Of a DNA stretch of 64,000 nucleotides, positions 8,973-18,370 are shown one piece after another. The position numbers were made by a program, and so were the translations under genes. Source of the DNA: Mycoplasma sp. CAG:877 (GTDB lineage: Bacteria > Bacillota_I > Bacilli_A > RF39 > UBA660). Numbering within the stretch: position 1 is the first letter of the stretch; every line of letters starts with the position of its first letter. The notes beneath the pieces were generated by a model. It did no database searches. It saw only the letters and a list, made by a program, of their open reading frames with translations, and had not been told where the DNA came from. The DNA lies in the NCBI GenBank assembly GCA_000433455.1, contig HF992499.1:72475-136474 (forward strand), read 5' to 3'.

Positions 8973-10877
8973 ATGTTTTTTAAAAAGATTGATGAACGTA
9001 TAAAAATAACTTTTTTAGTAATGTTAATTCTCTTTATATTTATAATTTTAAGAGTCTTCTACATCCAAGTATTTGACTATAAAAAATTAAATGAGTATGC
9101 TTCAGACCTATGGAGTAGGGACTTACCAATTGAGGCAAATCGAGGACTCATTCTTGATCGCAATGGAGTAGTCCTAGCCGACAATCTCACTACAACATCT
9201 CTTGTCTTAATACCAAATCAAATTAAAGAAAAAGAAAAGGCAACCGAAGAACTTGCTAAAATATTAAATGTTTCTTATGATGAAATGCAAAAACACGTCT
9301 ATAAAAAAACTTCTATTGAAAGAGTCCACCCAGAAGGTAGAAGACTTTCCTATGATATAGCCGAAAAAATATCCAATCTAAAACTAGACGGAGTTTATCT
9401 AGTTAAAGAAGCAAAAAGATATTACCCTTATGGTAATTTACTATCACATTCATTAGGGTATGTTGGAATAGATAATCAAGGTTTATCAGGTTTAGAATTA
9501 GAGTATGATAAATATCTAACTGGCAAGTCAGGTGCTATTAAATACTTTTCTGATGCTAAAGGTAACAAATTAAATGTTTCGGATGTTTATGTTGAACCCC
9601 AAGATGGTATGAATCTTTATTTAACAATTGATATAAATATTCAAAAGTCTATTGAAAGAGAACTAGATAATATTGTCGATATGTTTTCTCCTGATATGGC
9701 TCTAGCCGTTGTCATGAACCCTAAGACTGGCGAAATCCTAGGTATGGGATCAAGACCAGATTATAATCCCAATACTTATCAAAAGTACTCTCAAGACGTT
9801 CTAAGTAGAAACCTCCCAGTTTGGTCCTCCTATGAACCAGGATCAACTTTCAAAATTATCACTATGGCAACTTCCGTAGAAGAAAAGATTATTGATATCG
9901 AAAATGATCATTTCTATGACTCAGGTAGTGTAAATGTAGATGGTTCAGTCTTAAAATGTTGGAAAGCCGGAGGCCATGGTGATCAAACCTTCCTTCAAGT
10001 ACTCCAAAATTCTTGTAACCCAGGTTTCGTAAAACTGGGTCAAATGCTGGGTAAAGAAAGACTATTTTCCTATATTAAAAAATTTGGCTTTGGAGAAAAA
10101 ACAGGAGTTGATTTAAATGGTGAAGGTCAAGGTATCTTATTTCCTTTAGAAAAAGTAGGTAATGTTGAATTATCAACTACTGCCTTTGGTCAAGGAGTAA
10201 GTGTCACACCTATTCAACAAGTAACCGCCGTATCTGCTGTCGTTAATGGTGGTTATCTCTATAAACCATATATCGTAAAAAGTATTGCTGAAAAAGAAAC
10301 AAATACCATTATCCAAGAAACTTCAAAAACACTAGTTAGAAAAGTAATATCTAGTGAAACTTCTACTATTATGCGTCACGCTCTAGAAAGTGTTGTTGCT
10401 AAAGGAGGAGGAAAAGCCGCCTATATTGAAGGCTATCGTATTGGTGGTAAAACCGGTACCGCCCAAAAAGTAAAAGATGGTAGATACATGGTCGGAAACT
10501 ATATAATGTCTTTTATGTCTATTGTCCCTTCAAATGATCCAGAAGCAGTCTTCTATCTAGCAATTGACAATCCTAAAAATACAGCACTCTTATCAAGTTA
10601 TACAACAACCCCAATCGCCAGAAGAGTTCTACTAGATATAATTGATGCTCTAGATATAAAACCACAAGAAGAGGGTATGGAAAAAGATTTGGAATGGACC
10701 GATAAAATAATGTATCAAGTACCAAATGTCATTGGAAAAAGTGTCAAAGAAGCAAAAAAACTATTATCAAACTTTACAATAGAATATAGCGGTACTGGAG
10801 AAACAGTAATTTCCCAGTCACCTGCTGCCAATACAAAACTAGAAGATAGAGGTACAGTAAGACTTTTATTAGAATAA
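8973..10877 (+). CDS. class B penicillin-binding protein (SpoVD/PBP2B/FtsI-like) with one C-terminal PASTA domain
   Basis: N-terminal TM segment. Transpeptidase motifs STFK, SCN and KTGT. C-terminal PASTA-like VPNVIGKSVKEAKKLL...GTVRLLLE. The single PASTA domain and ~635 aa resemble SpoVD. Confidence 0.9.
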   Translation: MFFKKIDERIKITFLVMLILFIFIILRVFYIQVFDYKKLNEYASDLWSRDLPIEANRGLILDRNGVVLADNLTTTSLVLIPNQIKEKEKATEELAKILNVSYDEMQKHVYKKTSIERVHPEGRRLSYDIAEKISNLKLDGVYLVKEAKRYYPYGNLLSHSLGYVGIDNQGLSGLELEYDKYLTGKSGAIKYFSDAKGNKLNVSDVYVEPQDGMNLYLTIDINIQKSIERELDNIVDMFSPDMALAVVMNPKTGEILGMGSRPDYNPNTYQKYSQDVLSRNLPVWSSYEPGSTFKIITMATSVEEKIIDIENDHFYDSGSVNVDGSVLKCWKAGGHGDQTFLQVLQNSCNPGFVKLGQMLGKERLFSYIKKFGFGEKTGVDLNGEGQGILFPLEKVGNVELSTTAFGQGVSVTPIQQVTAVSAVVNGGYLYKPYIVKSIAEKETNTIIQETSKTLVRKVISSETSTIMRHALESVVAKGGGKAAYIEGYRIGGKTGTAQKVKDGRYMVGNYIMSFMSIVPSNDPEAVFYLAIDNPKNTALLSSYTTTPIARRVLLDIIDALDIKPQEEGMEKDLEWTDKIMYQVPNVIGKSVKEAKKLLSNFTIEYSGTGETVISQSPAANTKLEDRGTVRLLLE

Positions 10878-10918
10878 AACTCTGTGTTATAATACTTGTA
10901 GTTAAAGAGGGTGATACT

Positions 10919-11536
10919 ATGACAGAAATCAAAATAGTAAATAATGATGAAGAATTAAATCAAGTATTTAACTTTTTATCAAAAACAATTTATGATGATA
11001 CTATTCTTCACAAAGAAAAGTATTATCCCATGTCAGAACGACTAGAAGAGATCAAAAGCCAATTAAAAATCGATAAAGACTTTTTAATGTATATTGAAGA
11101 AAACAACCATATAGTAGCGGCTATTACTGGTAAAAACATGGATTTAACAAAGAAAAAAATAACTCTTGGTATTCTAGCTGTATCACCATCAAAAAGAAGA
11201 CTTGGCTATGCAACTAAACTTATAAGGGAGTTTGAAAAAATATCTCTAAAAAAAGGTATAACTCACATAGACTTAGGTTCTAGATATAGAGCCAGTTCTT
11301 TATATGAACATCTAAATTATAAGTATTCTCTAATGGTTCAAATATTTGACTTTGTTAAATTAGAAGATATTAGAAAGGCTAATAAATATAATTTAAAAGA
11401 GATAAGTTCAAATCAAGATTCAGCTTATGGTTATATACTTTATAAAGTACCAAGTATATCTAAAAAATATATTACCTGTTTTGAAAAACAAGTACCTACC
11501 GCTATAGCTCAATATATATTTGAAAAAGATCTATAG
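10919..11536 (+). CDS. GNAT-family N-acetyltransferase (putative)
   Basis: ILAVSPSKRRLGYATKLIREFE matches GNAT motif A (R-x-x-G-x-A). Confidence 0.6.
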   Translation: MTEIKIVNNDEELNQVFNFLSKTIYDDTILHKEKYYPMSERLEEIKSQLKIDKDFLMYIEENNHIVAAITGKNMDLTKKKITLGILAVSPSKRRLGYATKLIREFEKISLKKGITHIDLGSRYRASSLYEHLNYKYSLMVQIFDFVKLEDIRKANKYNLKEISSNQDSAYGYILYKVPSISKKYITCFEKQVPTAIAQYIFEKDL

Positions 11537-11555
11537 AAAGGAAAAATAAAATAAT

Positions 11556-12593
11556 ATGCCACATTATAATGCATATACTAGTTTTAAAACTAAAAAAAGT
11601 ATAAAGAAAAAAGAATTAATAAAAGAAAAACAAAATAAACAAATAAATTTACCCAATGATTTTATTATTGAAGAAAGTAAAAACTATGGAATTGTCCTAG
11701 AAGTAAAATATGAAACCGCCTATGTCTTATATAATGATGAAATCATAAAAACAACTTTAAAAAAAGGAATAAACTTAGTCTGTAACAAAATTATTTTTCC
11801 AGGTGACAAAGTAATCCTAGAAAAAGCTAAAACGTCTTATACTATAACTAATCTGTTAAAAAGAACTTCTATTCTAAGTAGAGTAAAAAAAGATAGTACC
11901 AGACTAAATAATCTTGGAACAACAAAAAATATTGCCTCTAACATTGACTTAGCTGTAATAGTTGCATCTGCTAAAGATCCAGCTCTTCATCCTAAGTTTA
12001 TTGACAGATATCTTTTATTATTAGAAAATAGTAATATACCTACAATTATTTGTCTAAATAAATCTGATTTAAAAACTGAAGAAACAACAAAAATATTAGA
12101 TATTTATCGTAATCTAGGTATAAAAGTAATTGAAACTTCTACTTATACTAATCAAGGTATAACAAATCTAAAAGAAGAACTAAGAGGAAAACAAGCTATC
12201 TTCGTTGGAAACTCTGGAGTAGGTAAATCATCTCTAACAAATGCACTTATGGATACAGAAACTATAAAAACATCTGCCATTAGTTCTAAAAGTAAAAGAG
12301 GCCGTCACACGACAACATCATCAAAATACTATATCTGGGATGAAGATTCTAGTATCATTGATACACCTGGTATTAGAAGCCTAGATGTCTCAAAACTAAA
12401 GTCCTTAGAAGTCCAAAACTATTTTAAAGAGTTTTCAAATATTAAAGAAAAATGCAAATATAAAAATTGTCTTCATTACCAAGAACCAACCGCAGCTTGT
12501 ACCATTAAGCAAGCAGTTGAAAATAATACTATAAATAAAAATAGATATCAAAGTTATTTAAGGATCTTAAAAGATACCTTGAATGATAAATAG
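11556..12593 (+). CDS. rsgA: ribosome small-subunit biogenesis GTPase RsgA (YjeQ)
   Basis: Circularly permuted GTPase: NKSDL ... GNSGVGKSSLTNAL ... DTPGIRS, and a C-terminal zinc knuckle CKYKNCLHYQEPTAAC. Confidence 0.9.
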   Translation: MPHYNAYTSFKTKKSIKKKELIKEKQNKQINLPNDFIIEESKNYGIVLEVKYETAYVLYNDEIIKTTLKKGINLVCNKIIFPGDKVILEKAKTSYTITNLLKRTSILSRVKKDSTRLNNLGTTKNIASNIDLAVIVASAKDPALHPKFIDRYLLLLENSNIPTIICLNKSDLKTEETTKILDIYRNLGIKVIETSTYTNQGITNLKEELRGKQAIFVGNSGVGKSSLTNALMDTETIKTSAISSKSKRGRHTTTSSKYYIWDEDSSIIDTPGIRSLDVSKLKSLEVQNYFKEFSNIKEKCKYKNCLHYQEPTAACTIKQAVENNTINKNRYQSYLRILKDTLNDK

Positions 12594-12606
12594 AGGAGTG
12601 GATAAA

Positions 12607-13011
12607 ATGAAAAGAATGAATTTAATAGTAGTCTTCAGTCAAGACAAAACAAAATTACTAATGTGTGAAAGAACTAAAGAACCATACAAAGGACAGTTAA
12701 ACTTAGTAGGTGGAAAGATTGAAAAGGATGATGACAATCTAAATGAAGCTTATCGCGAACTACAAGAGGAAACTGGTATTACTAAAGATGATATTGATTT
12801 AGTATACTTTATGACTTGTAACTATCATACCCTAAATAAAGGTCTAGAAATTTACTATGGAGTTTTAAATAAAGATGTCGAATTAGTAGAAGAAGTAAAT
12901 AAACTAGTTTGGGTAAATGAAGATGACAACTTCTTTGATTTTAATAAATATGCCGGAGAAGGAAACCTAGGTCATATAATTGCTGAAATAAAACTAGAAC
13001 TATCAAAGTAA
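12607..13011 (+). CDS. NUDIX hydrolase
   Basis: Nudix box GGKIEKDDDNLNEAYRELQEETGI. A GGAG RBS favours the ATG at 12607 over the tracked 12583. Confidence 0.85.
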   Translation: MKRMNLIVVFSQDKTKLLMCERTKEPYKGQLNLVGGKIEKDDDNLNEAYRELQEETGITKDDIDLVYFMTCNYHTLNKGLEIYYGVLNKDVELVEEVNKLVWVNEDDNFFDFNKYAGEGNLGHIIAEIKLELSK

Positions 13012-13060
13012 TTGCAAAAGTCTAAATAATATGTTAAATTATTACTGGAGGAGTGATAAA

Positions 13061-13120
13061 ATGTACAATTTTGCTAATCATGTAATCATGTATACATTAG
13101 ATATCACACCTAACGTCTAA
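13061..13120 (+). CDS. 19-codon leader peptide ORF (MYNFANHVIMYTLDITPNV) upstream of the ABC-F gene
   Basis: GGAGG at 13047-13051 lies 9 nt before the ATG. The 3' end of the ORF is complementary to the downstream attenuator arm. Not in the ORF track because it is under 60 aa. Confidence 0.55.
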   Translation: MYNFANHVIMYTLDITPNV

Positions 13121-13133
13121 ATAAAAAAATAAT

Positions 13134-13213
13134 AGATGTAGGTGTGAAGTTTTCGTCGTGCCTACATCTGTACATGAAAGGACTATACAGATGTATAGTT
13201 CTTTTATTTTTTT
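13134..13213 (+). promoter_or_regulatory. transcription attenuator: mutually exclusive antiterminator and terminator hairpins
   Basis: agatgtagg (13134-42) pairs with cctacatct (13161-69). tacatctgta (13163-72) pairs with tacagatgta (13186-95), followed by tagttcttttattttttt. The two helices share 13163-69. cacacct (13105-11, inside the leader ORF) can pair with aggtgtg (13140-46). Confidence 0.6.
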
Positions 13214-13258
13214 GATTATGGTGCGATTTATAAATACTATAATTAAGGATGTGATTAT

Positions 13259-14860
13259 ATGATAGAAATAGGAATAAATAAAATAACAAAAGACTTTGGT
13301 TTTGGACCAGTCTTAAACGATATAAGTTTTGAAGTAAAAACAAATGAACGTATTGCTTTAATAGGTGATAATGGTTCAGGTAAAACAACTCTTTTAAATA
13401 TAATTTCAGGAATTGAAAAAGAAACATCTGGAACCATCTCTATAAGAAAAAATGCTAAAGTAGGGTACTTACCTCAATTAATTAAAGAAAAAGATGAAAA
13501 CATAACTGTAAAAGATGTTTTATATGACGGTATAAAAGATTTAATTGCTCTACGTGATAAATTAGAAGAGTACGAAGAAAAAATTACTAAATCCGATGAA
13601 TCTACCATCGAAAAATTAATAATTAGATATTCAAATCTTCAGACTGACTTTATCAATATGTCAGGTTATGAAATAGATGCTAAAGTAGAAAAAGTAATTA
13701 AGGGTTTTAAAATAAATAAAGAGCTTCTTCCTCGTAATTTTAATAGCCTATCTGGTGGAGAAAAAACAATCATTACTTTTGCCTCTATTATTATTTCAGA
13801 ACCAGATATTCTACTTTTAGACGAACCAACTAATCACTTGGATATTGATACTTTAGAATGGTTAGAGGAATACTTAAGAAACTATAAAGGAACAATTCTG
13901 ATGATTTCTCACGATAGATACTTTCTCGATGAAGTAGCAACTAAAACTATTCTTTTAGAAAATGCTAAGATAAATATTTTTCATGGTAATTATACAAAAT
14001 TTATTCAAGAAAATGATGCTCGTATCGAAAAAGAATTTAAAGATTACAAAGATCAGCAAAAACAAATAAAAGCCATGGAAGCCTCAATCAAACGCCTAGA
14101 GGAGTATGGTAATCTTGCTAAAAACGAAATGTTTTTTAAACGTGCTGAAAGTATTAGAAAACGTCTAAATAAATTAGAAAGACTAGATAAACCAGTTGAA
14201 AAAGAAAAACTGCCTCTAACATTCTCGTCTAGTCGCTCAGGAAAAGAAGTCTTAAACTTATCTAAGATTAATATTTCATATCCAGACAAAACAATACTAA
14301 AAGATGCCACCTTAAGAATACTTTATCAAGACAAAGTCTGCTTACTAGGACCTAATGGTTCAGGTAAATCTACTCTTGTAAAGTATATCTTACAAAATTC
14401 TACTCATGGTACTAATGTTAAAATTGGTTATATCCCTCAAGAAATAACTTTTGAAAATGACAACAGTACAATAATAGAGGAAGCCAAACACTATTTTATA
14501 GGAGAAGAACATCGTTTAAGAGCTGCTCTAAGTAAATTTTACTTTTTCAAAGATAATGTCTATAAAAGAATAAAAGATTTATCAGGTGGTGAAAAAGTAC
14601 GTTTAAAATTATTTTGTCTAATACAATCTAACATTAATTTTCTAATACTAGATGAACCAACTAACCATATAGATATAGAAACAAAAGAAATATTAGAAAG
14701 TGCTCTAACTGAGTATCAAGGAACTTTATTATTTATATCTCACGATCGTTATTTTATTAATAACCTAGCTTCAAAAATAATATATATAGAAAATAATAAA
14801 TTAAAAGAAATACCTGGTAATTATGAAGACTACAAAAGATATAAAAGAAAGGAAAATTAA
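13259..14860 (+). CDS. ABC-F family ATPase (two NBDs, no TMD), possibly a ribosome-protection/translation factor
   Basis: Two Walker A motifs (GDNGSGKTT, GPNGSGKST), two LSGGE signatures, two LLLDEPTNHLD-type Walker B motifs and a ~68-aa charged inter-domain linker. Confidence 0.9.
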   Translation: MIEIGINKITKDFGFGPVLNDISFEVKTNERIALIGDNGSGKTTLLNIISGIEKETSGTISIRKNAKVGYLPQLIKEKDENITVKDVLYDGIKDLIALRDKLEEYEEKITKSDESTIEKLIIRYSNLQTDFINMSGYEIDAKVEKVIKGFKINKELLPRNFNSLSGGEKTIITFASIIISEPDILLLDEPTNHLDIDTLEWLEEYLRNYKGTILMISHDRYFLDEVATKTILLENAKINIFHGNYTKFIQENDARIEKEFKDYKDQQKQIKAMEASIKRLEEYGNLAKNEMFFKRAESIRKRLNKLERLDKPVEKEKLPLTFSSSRSGKEVLNLSKINISYPDKTILKDATLRILYQDKVCLLGPNGSGKSTLVKYILQNSTHGTNVKIGYIPQEITFENDNSTIIEEAKHYFIGEEHRLRAALSKFYFFKDNVYKRIKDLSGGEKVRLKLFCLIQSNINFLILDEPTNHIDIETKEILESALTEYQGTLLFISHDRYFINNLASKIIYIENNKLKEIPGNYEDYKRYKRKEN

Positions 14861-14861
14861 T

Positions 14862-15374
14862 ATGAAAGAAATAATTTATAATACTGATAATTTAAAAGAA
14901 AGTGAAATGACAAGAACTGTTACTAGAGCTAAAGTAATCTTAGTAAATTCAAAAGATGAAATCTTACTAGCTAATGGTTCAAATACTTATTTTTTAATAG
15001 GTGGACATGTTGAAGATAATGAATCTCTAGAAGACTGTCTAATAAGAGAAGTAAAAGAAGAAACAGGAATCAACCTACCAAGAGAAGAAAGAATACCTGT
15101 ACTTAATATTAAATATTTATGTAAAGATTATCCAACATCTGGAGAAAACACTTTATACATTGCTACATATTTTTATACTAAGTGTGATTTAAAACCAGAC
15201 TTAAGTTCCATAAATTTAACTGAAGATGAAAAAAAGGGTGGCTTCCATCTAGAATATATTCCTAAAAAAGATATCATCAAAACTCTAGAAGATTGCCTAC
15301 CAGTATGTACTAATGAAAAGATTGTTATTGACACTCTAGAAGCTATTAAAGAATACTTAAAAATGACTGCATAG
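14862..15374 (+). CDS. NUDIX hydrolase
   Basis: Nudix box GGHVEDNESLEDCLIREVKEETGI. The ATG at 14862 lies just after the ABC-F stop and follows AAGGAA. Confidence 0.8.
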   Translation: MKEIIYNTDNLKESEMTRTVTRAKVILVNSKDEILLANGSNTYFLIGGHVEDNESLEDCLIREVKEETGINLPREERIPVLNIKYLCKDYPTSGENTLYIATYFYTKCDLKPDLSSINLTEDEKKGGFHLEYIPKKDIIKTLEDCLPVCTNEKIVIDTLEAIKEYLKMTA

Positions 15375-15423
15375 CTTGTAAAATATAAAAGACTTAAGTA
15401 TAATTTATACAAGGAATGATTAT

Positions 15424-15624
15424 ATGAAAACAAAAATAATACTTCAATTACTATCTATTATTTCTATGGTAATAGGCTTATTCTTCTTTTATACTTATCA
15501 AAGGTTAGAAAAGAAAGAACAATTATCAAACCAAAAAAGGATATATCAAAAGAAAGAAACAATCTGCTTTTACTTAGGCATAATACTTGAAGTAATTGGT
15601 CTAACATTACTAATGTTTATTTAA
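15424..15624 (+). CDS. small two-TM membrane protein, hypothetical
   Basis: Two hydrophobic helices flank a basic loop. RBS present, terminator hairpin downstream. No family recognised. Confidence 0.45.
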   Translation: MKTKIILQLLSIISMVIGLFFFYTYQRLEKKEQLSNQKRIYQKKETICFYLGIILEVIGLTLLMFI

Positions 15625-15717
15625 AGAGTATTTGTAAAGATACTCTTTTCTCATGAATTTAAAAAACTAATTATATTAACTTTAAAAAAAATATGATAAA
15701 CTAATTATGGTGATACT

Positions 15718-17238
15718 ATGGATGAGACAATAGGACAAAAAGGTGGTCACAATGATCAAAAAAGAAGCCTGATTATTACTAAAAAACAATTAGCAAAATT
15801 AAAAGCTTATCAAGAAGAACAAGAACTAAAAGAATTAGAGGATAAAGTAAAACGCCAGCAACTAGTAACCTTTATAAAAATAGCTCCGATAATAATAACT
15901 GGTACCGTTTTAAAAACTTTATCTGGAACAGAACAAAAAGAAGCAACAAGTCCTCTAATACTACCAACTTCATCAGAAGAAAACTATAAAAAACAATCAT
16001 TTCTTACTCAGGGTAAAGATGGCAATATAATAGAAGTAGAAATAAAGACTAGTGAACATACTAAAGAAAGAGTAAATATAAATTCTACTAACTTAGAAAA
16101 TCTACTTACTAATCACAAGCCTAAGAAAAGAAAAACAACACCTGTAGAAGTCATAGAAATAGATCAAACAAAAATTCCTATTAAAGAAACTACCAAAGAA
16201 GATACTTTTGATCTTGATAAGTTAAAAAATAAAGAAATAGTAAGTCAATATGAAGAAAAACTAAAAGAAGCAAGAAGTAGTCTAAAAGATTTAATATATG
16301 AATATAACATTATAGAGAAAGCTTATCAAAATACCAAGAACACAAAAGAACTAGAAGAACTTCTAGATAGATTAAATTCACTTATCAAAAAGATTAATGA
16401 ATTAAAAGATAAATTATCTCTAGATACTTCTGACAAATATGACTTTAACTATATCAAAGAACTAGCAAGTCTCTATATTGATTCTTTTAATAATAAAGAA
16501 ATAGTTAATGAAATAAAAGATTCAAAACTATATATTTCTATTTCAGATAAAGTATCTGAATTAAAAAAAGAAGAAGAACTATTAACTCTACGCTTAGAAG
16601 AAAAAAAGAATAATCTTCAAATTGGAGAGAGTGAAATCGATGATTTTAAAGATAGATATGATAATTATAAAGACTTTAATGATAAGTTAGAAAAATTTAG
16701 AAAAGCTCAAGATATAATTGCTAGACAAACTCTAGAAAATGTCAGAAACTGTGTAACAATTCAAGAAAGAGTAGCCGTAACTACCAGAGTTTTAAATAGA
16801 CAAGCAAGAAATCTAAGAAGAACACTAAGAAGAAGAGTTCTAATGCCCGGTCCAAGAGGAGCTAGAAGAATGACTGCTATAACAGGTGCTTATCTTAGGA
16901 CAATGCAAAACATATTAAGACCACAGCAAGTAGTAGAACATTATCAAAATGTAGAAATAACTGATTATTCTAAAGACATTGAATATAGTATTAATGAAAT
17001 AGATAAGAACCTAGCTTCTTTAAAAACAACATCCATAGAATTAAAAGATACTATTAAAATGATTGAAACTGATTATAAAGATTTTCTAGATACTAAAGAA
17101 GTAAAAGAACTATTAGCTAACCTAGAAGAAGTATATGATTCACTAAAGGAAAAGGAAGAAGATTTAATCAGAATAAAAGAAGAACAAGAGAAAAACTTAT
17201 CTCTTCAAAAGGCTGCTTATGTAAAAAGAAGAGAATAA
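15718..17238 (+). CDS. K/E-rich coiled-coil protein with an internal Arg-rich segment, hypothetical
   Basis: Long heptad-like K/E/L sequence. One hydrophobic segment (LVTFIKIAPIIITGTVL). Segment RVLNRQARNLRRTLRRRVLMPGPRGARRM. Confidence 0.6.
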   Translation: MDETIGQKGGHNDQKRSLIITKKQLAKLKAYQEEQELKELEDKVKRQQLVTFIKIAPIIITGTVLKTLSGTEQKEATSPLILPTSSEENYKKQSFLTQGKDGNIIEVEIKTSEHTKERVNINSTNLENLLTNHKPKKRKTTPVEVIEIDQTKIPIKETTKEDTFDLDKLKNKEIVSQYEEKLKEARSSLKDLIYEYNIIEKAYQNTKNTKELEELLDRLNSLIKKINELKDKLSLDTSDKYDFNYIKELASLYIDSFNNKEIVNEIKDSKLYISISDKVSELKKEEELLTLRLEEKKNNLQIGESEIDDFKDRYDNYKDFNDKLEKFRKAQDIIARQTLENVRNCVTIQERVAVTTRVLNRQARNLRRTLRRRVLMPGPRGARRMTAITGAYLRTMQNILRPQQVVEHYQNVEITDYSKDIEYSINEIDKNLASLKTTSIELKDTIKMIETDYKDFLDTKEVKELLANLEEVYDSLKEKEEDLIRIKEEQEKNLSLQKAAYVKRRE

Positions 17239-17333
17239 ATAATTAACTGTAAAATTTTGTATAAAATTGTCTATTTATTCATAATGACAAGTTGATTATG
17301 ATATAATATTGCAAGAGAAATGGAGTGACAAAG

Positions 17334-18314
17334 ATGTTACTATTAACAAAAGCTATAGTTGCTATCATGATGGGCTTTTTAATGTCTGCTGGACTAGGTC
17401 TAATTTTAGTACCATGTCTAAAAAAACTTAGAGTCGGTCAAAAAATAAGTATATTTGTAGGAGAAACACATCGAAAAAAAGAAGGTACTCCTACTATGGG
17501 AGGTCTAATATTTATACTCCCAACTATAATTGCGACAATTGCCCTAGTATTGATGGGAAAAGTACCTTACACATCTAATTTAGGAATCGTCTTACTAGTA
17601 TTTTTAGGATATGCTTGTATCGGTTTCCTAGATGATTTTTTATCGATTAGAAAAGGTAATAATGAAGGTCTAACTACTTATCAAAAACTATTTATGCAAG
17701 TCTTAATCGCAATAGGCTTTTTCTATATTTATATGCGTTCTGGTGGACAAACTTCCTGGGTAGTAGGAACACTCCATATTGATATAGAAATGGGCTGGTT
17801 ATATGGCTTATTTATATTATTTGTCTTAGTAGGAGCATCAAATGCTGTAAATATAACAGATGGTCTAGATGGTCTAGCTGGTGGCTTATCAGCAATAGCT
17901 TTTATAGCCTTCAGTTTAATATCATTAATGGTAGGCTTTGAAGATATAGGAATGTTTAGTTTAATACTTGTTGGTAGTATTGTTGGTTTCTTAATATACA
18001 ATACTTATCCTGCTAAAATATTTATGGGAGATACAGGTTCCCTTGCCCTAGGTGGAGTAATGGGTGCAATCGCAATCCTAACTCATAGAGAATTAACTCT
18101 TTTAGTAGTTGCGAGTGTCTTTGTAATAGAAACATTATCTGTAATTATTCAAACAATTTCTTATCAATTATTTCATAAGAAAATATTCTTAATGACACCT
18201 CTTCATCATCATTTTGAAAAACTAGGATGGAAAGAAACTGATATCGTAAAATTGTTCTGGGTATGTGGCTTAATATTATCAATGGCTGGAATTATATTCG
18301 GAGTATGGCTATAA
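17334..18314 (+). CDS. mraY: phospho-N-acetylmuramoyl-pentapeptide transferase
   Basis: Polytopic membrane protein with NAVNITDGLDGLA, MGDTGSLALGG and PLHHHFE motifs. GGAG at 17322-25 favours the ATG at 17334 (the tracked GTG at 17325 is possible). Confidence 0.93.
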   Translation: MLLLTKAIVAIMMGFLMSAGLGLILVPCLKKLRVGQKISIFVGETHRKKEGTPTMGGLIFILPTIIATIALVLMGKVPYTSNLGIVLLVFLGYACIGFLDDFLSIRKGNNEGLTTYQKLFMQVLIAIGFFYIYMRSGGQTSWVVGTLHIDIEMGWLYGLFILFVLVGASNAVNITDGLDGLAGGLSAIAFIAFSLISLMVGFEDIGMFSLILVGSIVGFLIYNTYPAKIFMGDTGSLALGGVMGAIAILTHRELTLLVVASVFVIETLSVIIQTISYQLFHKKIFLMTPLHHHFEKLGWKETDIVKLFWVCGLILSMAGIIFGVWL

Positions 18315-18337
18315 AGTCCAAATAGGACTTTTTTTTA
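18313..18337 (+). terminator. rho-independent terminator
   Basis: aaagtcc-aaata-ggacttt followed by tttttt. Confidence 0.6.
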
Positions 18338-18370
18338 TGCAAAAAACATATACTTTACAAGGTGATAAGT

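Noticed and set aside
18340-18362. Possible sigma-E-like -10 (catatact) just upstream of the SEDS gene, which would support mother-cell expression.
   Set aside because: The match to the CATACA-T consensus is imperfect, no -35 element is identifiable, and the site lies only ~18 nt from the start codon. This is not enough evidence to call.
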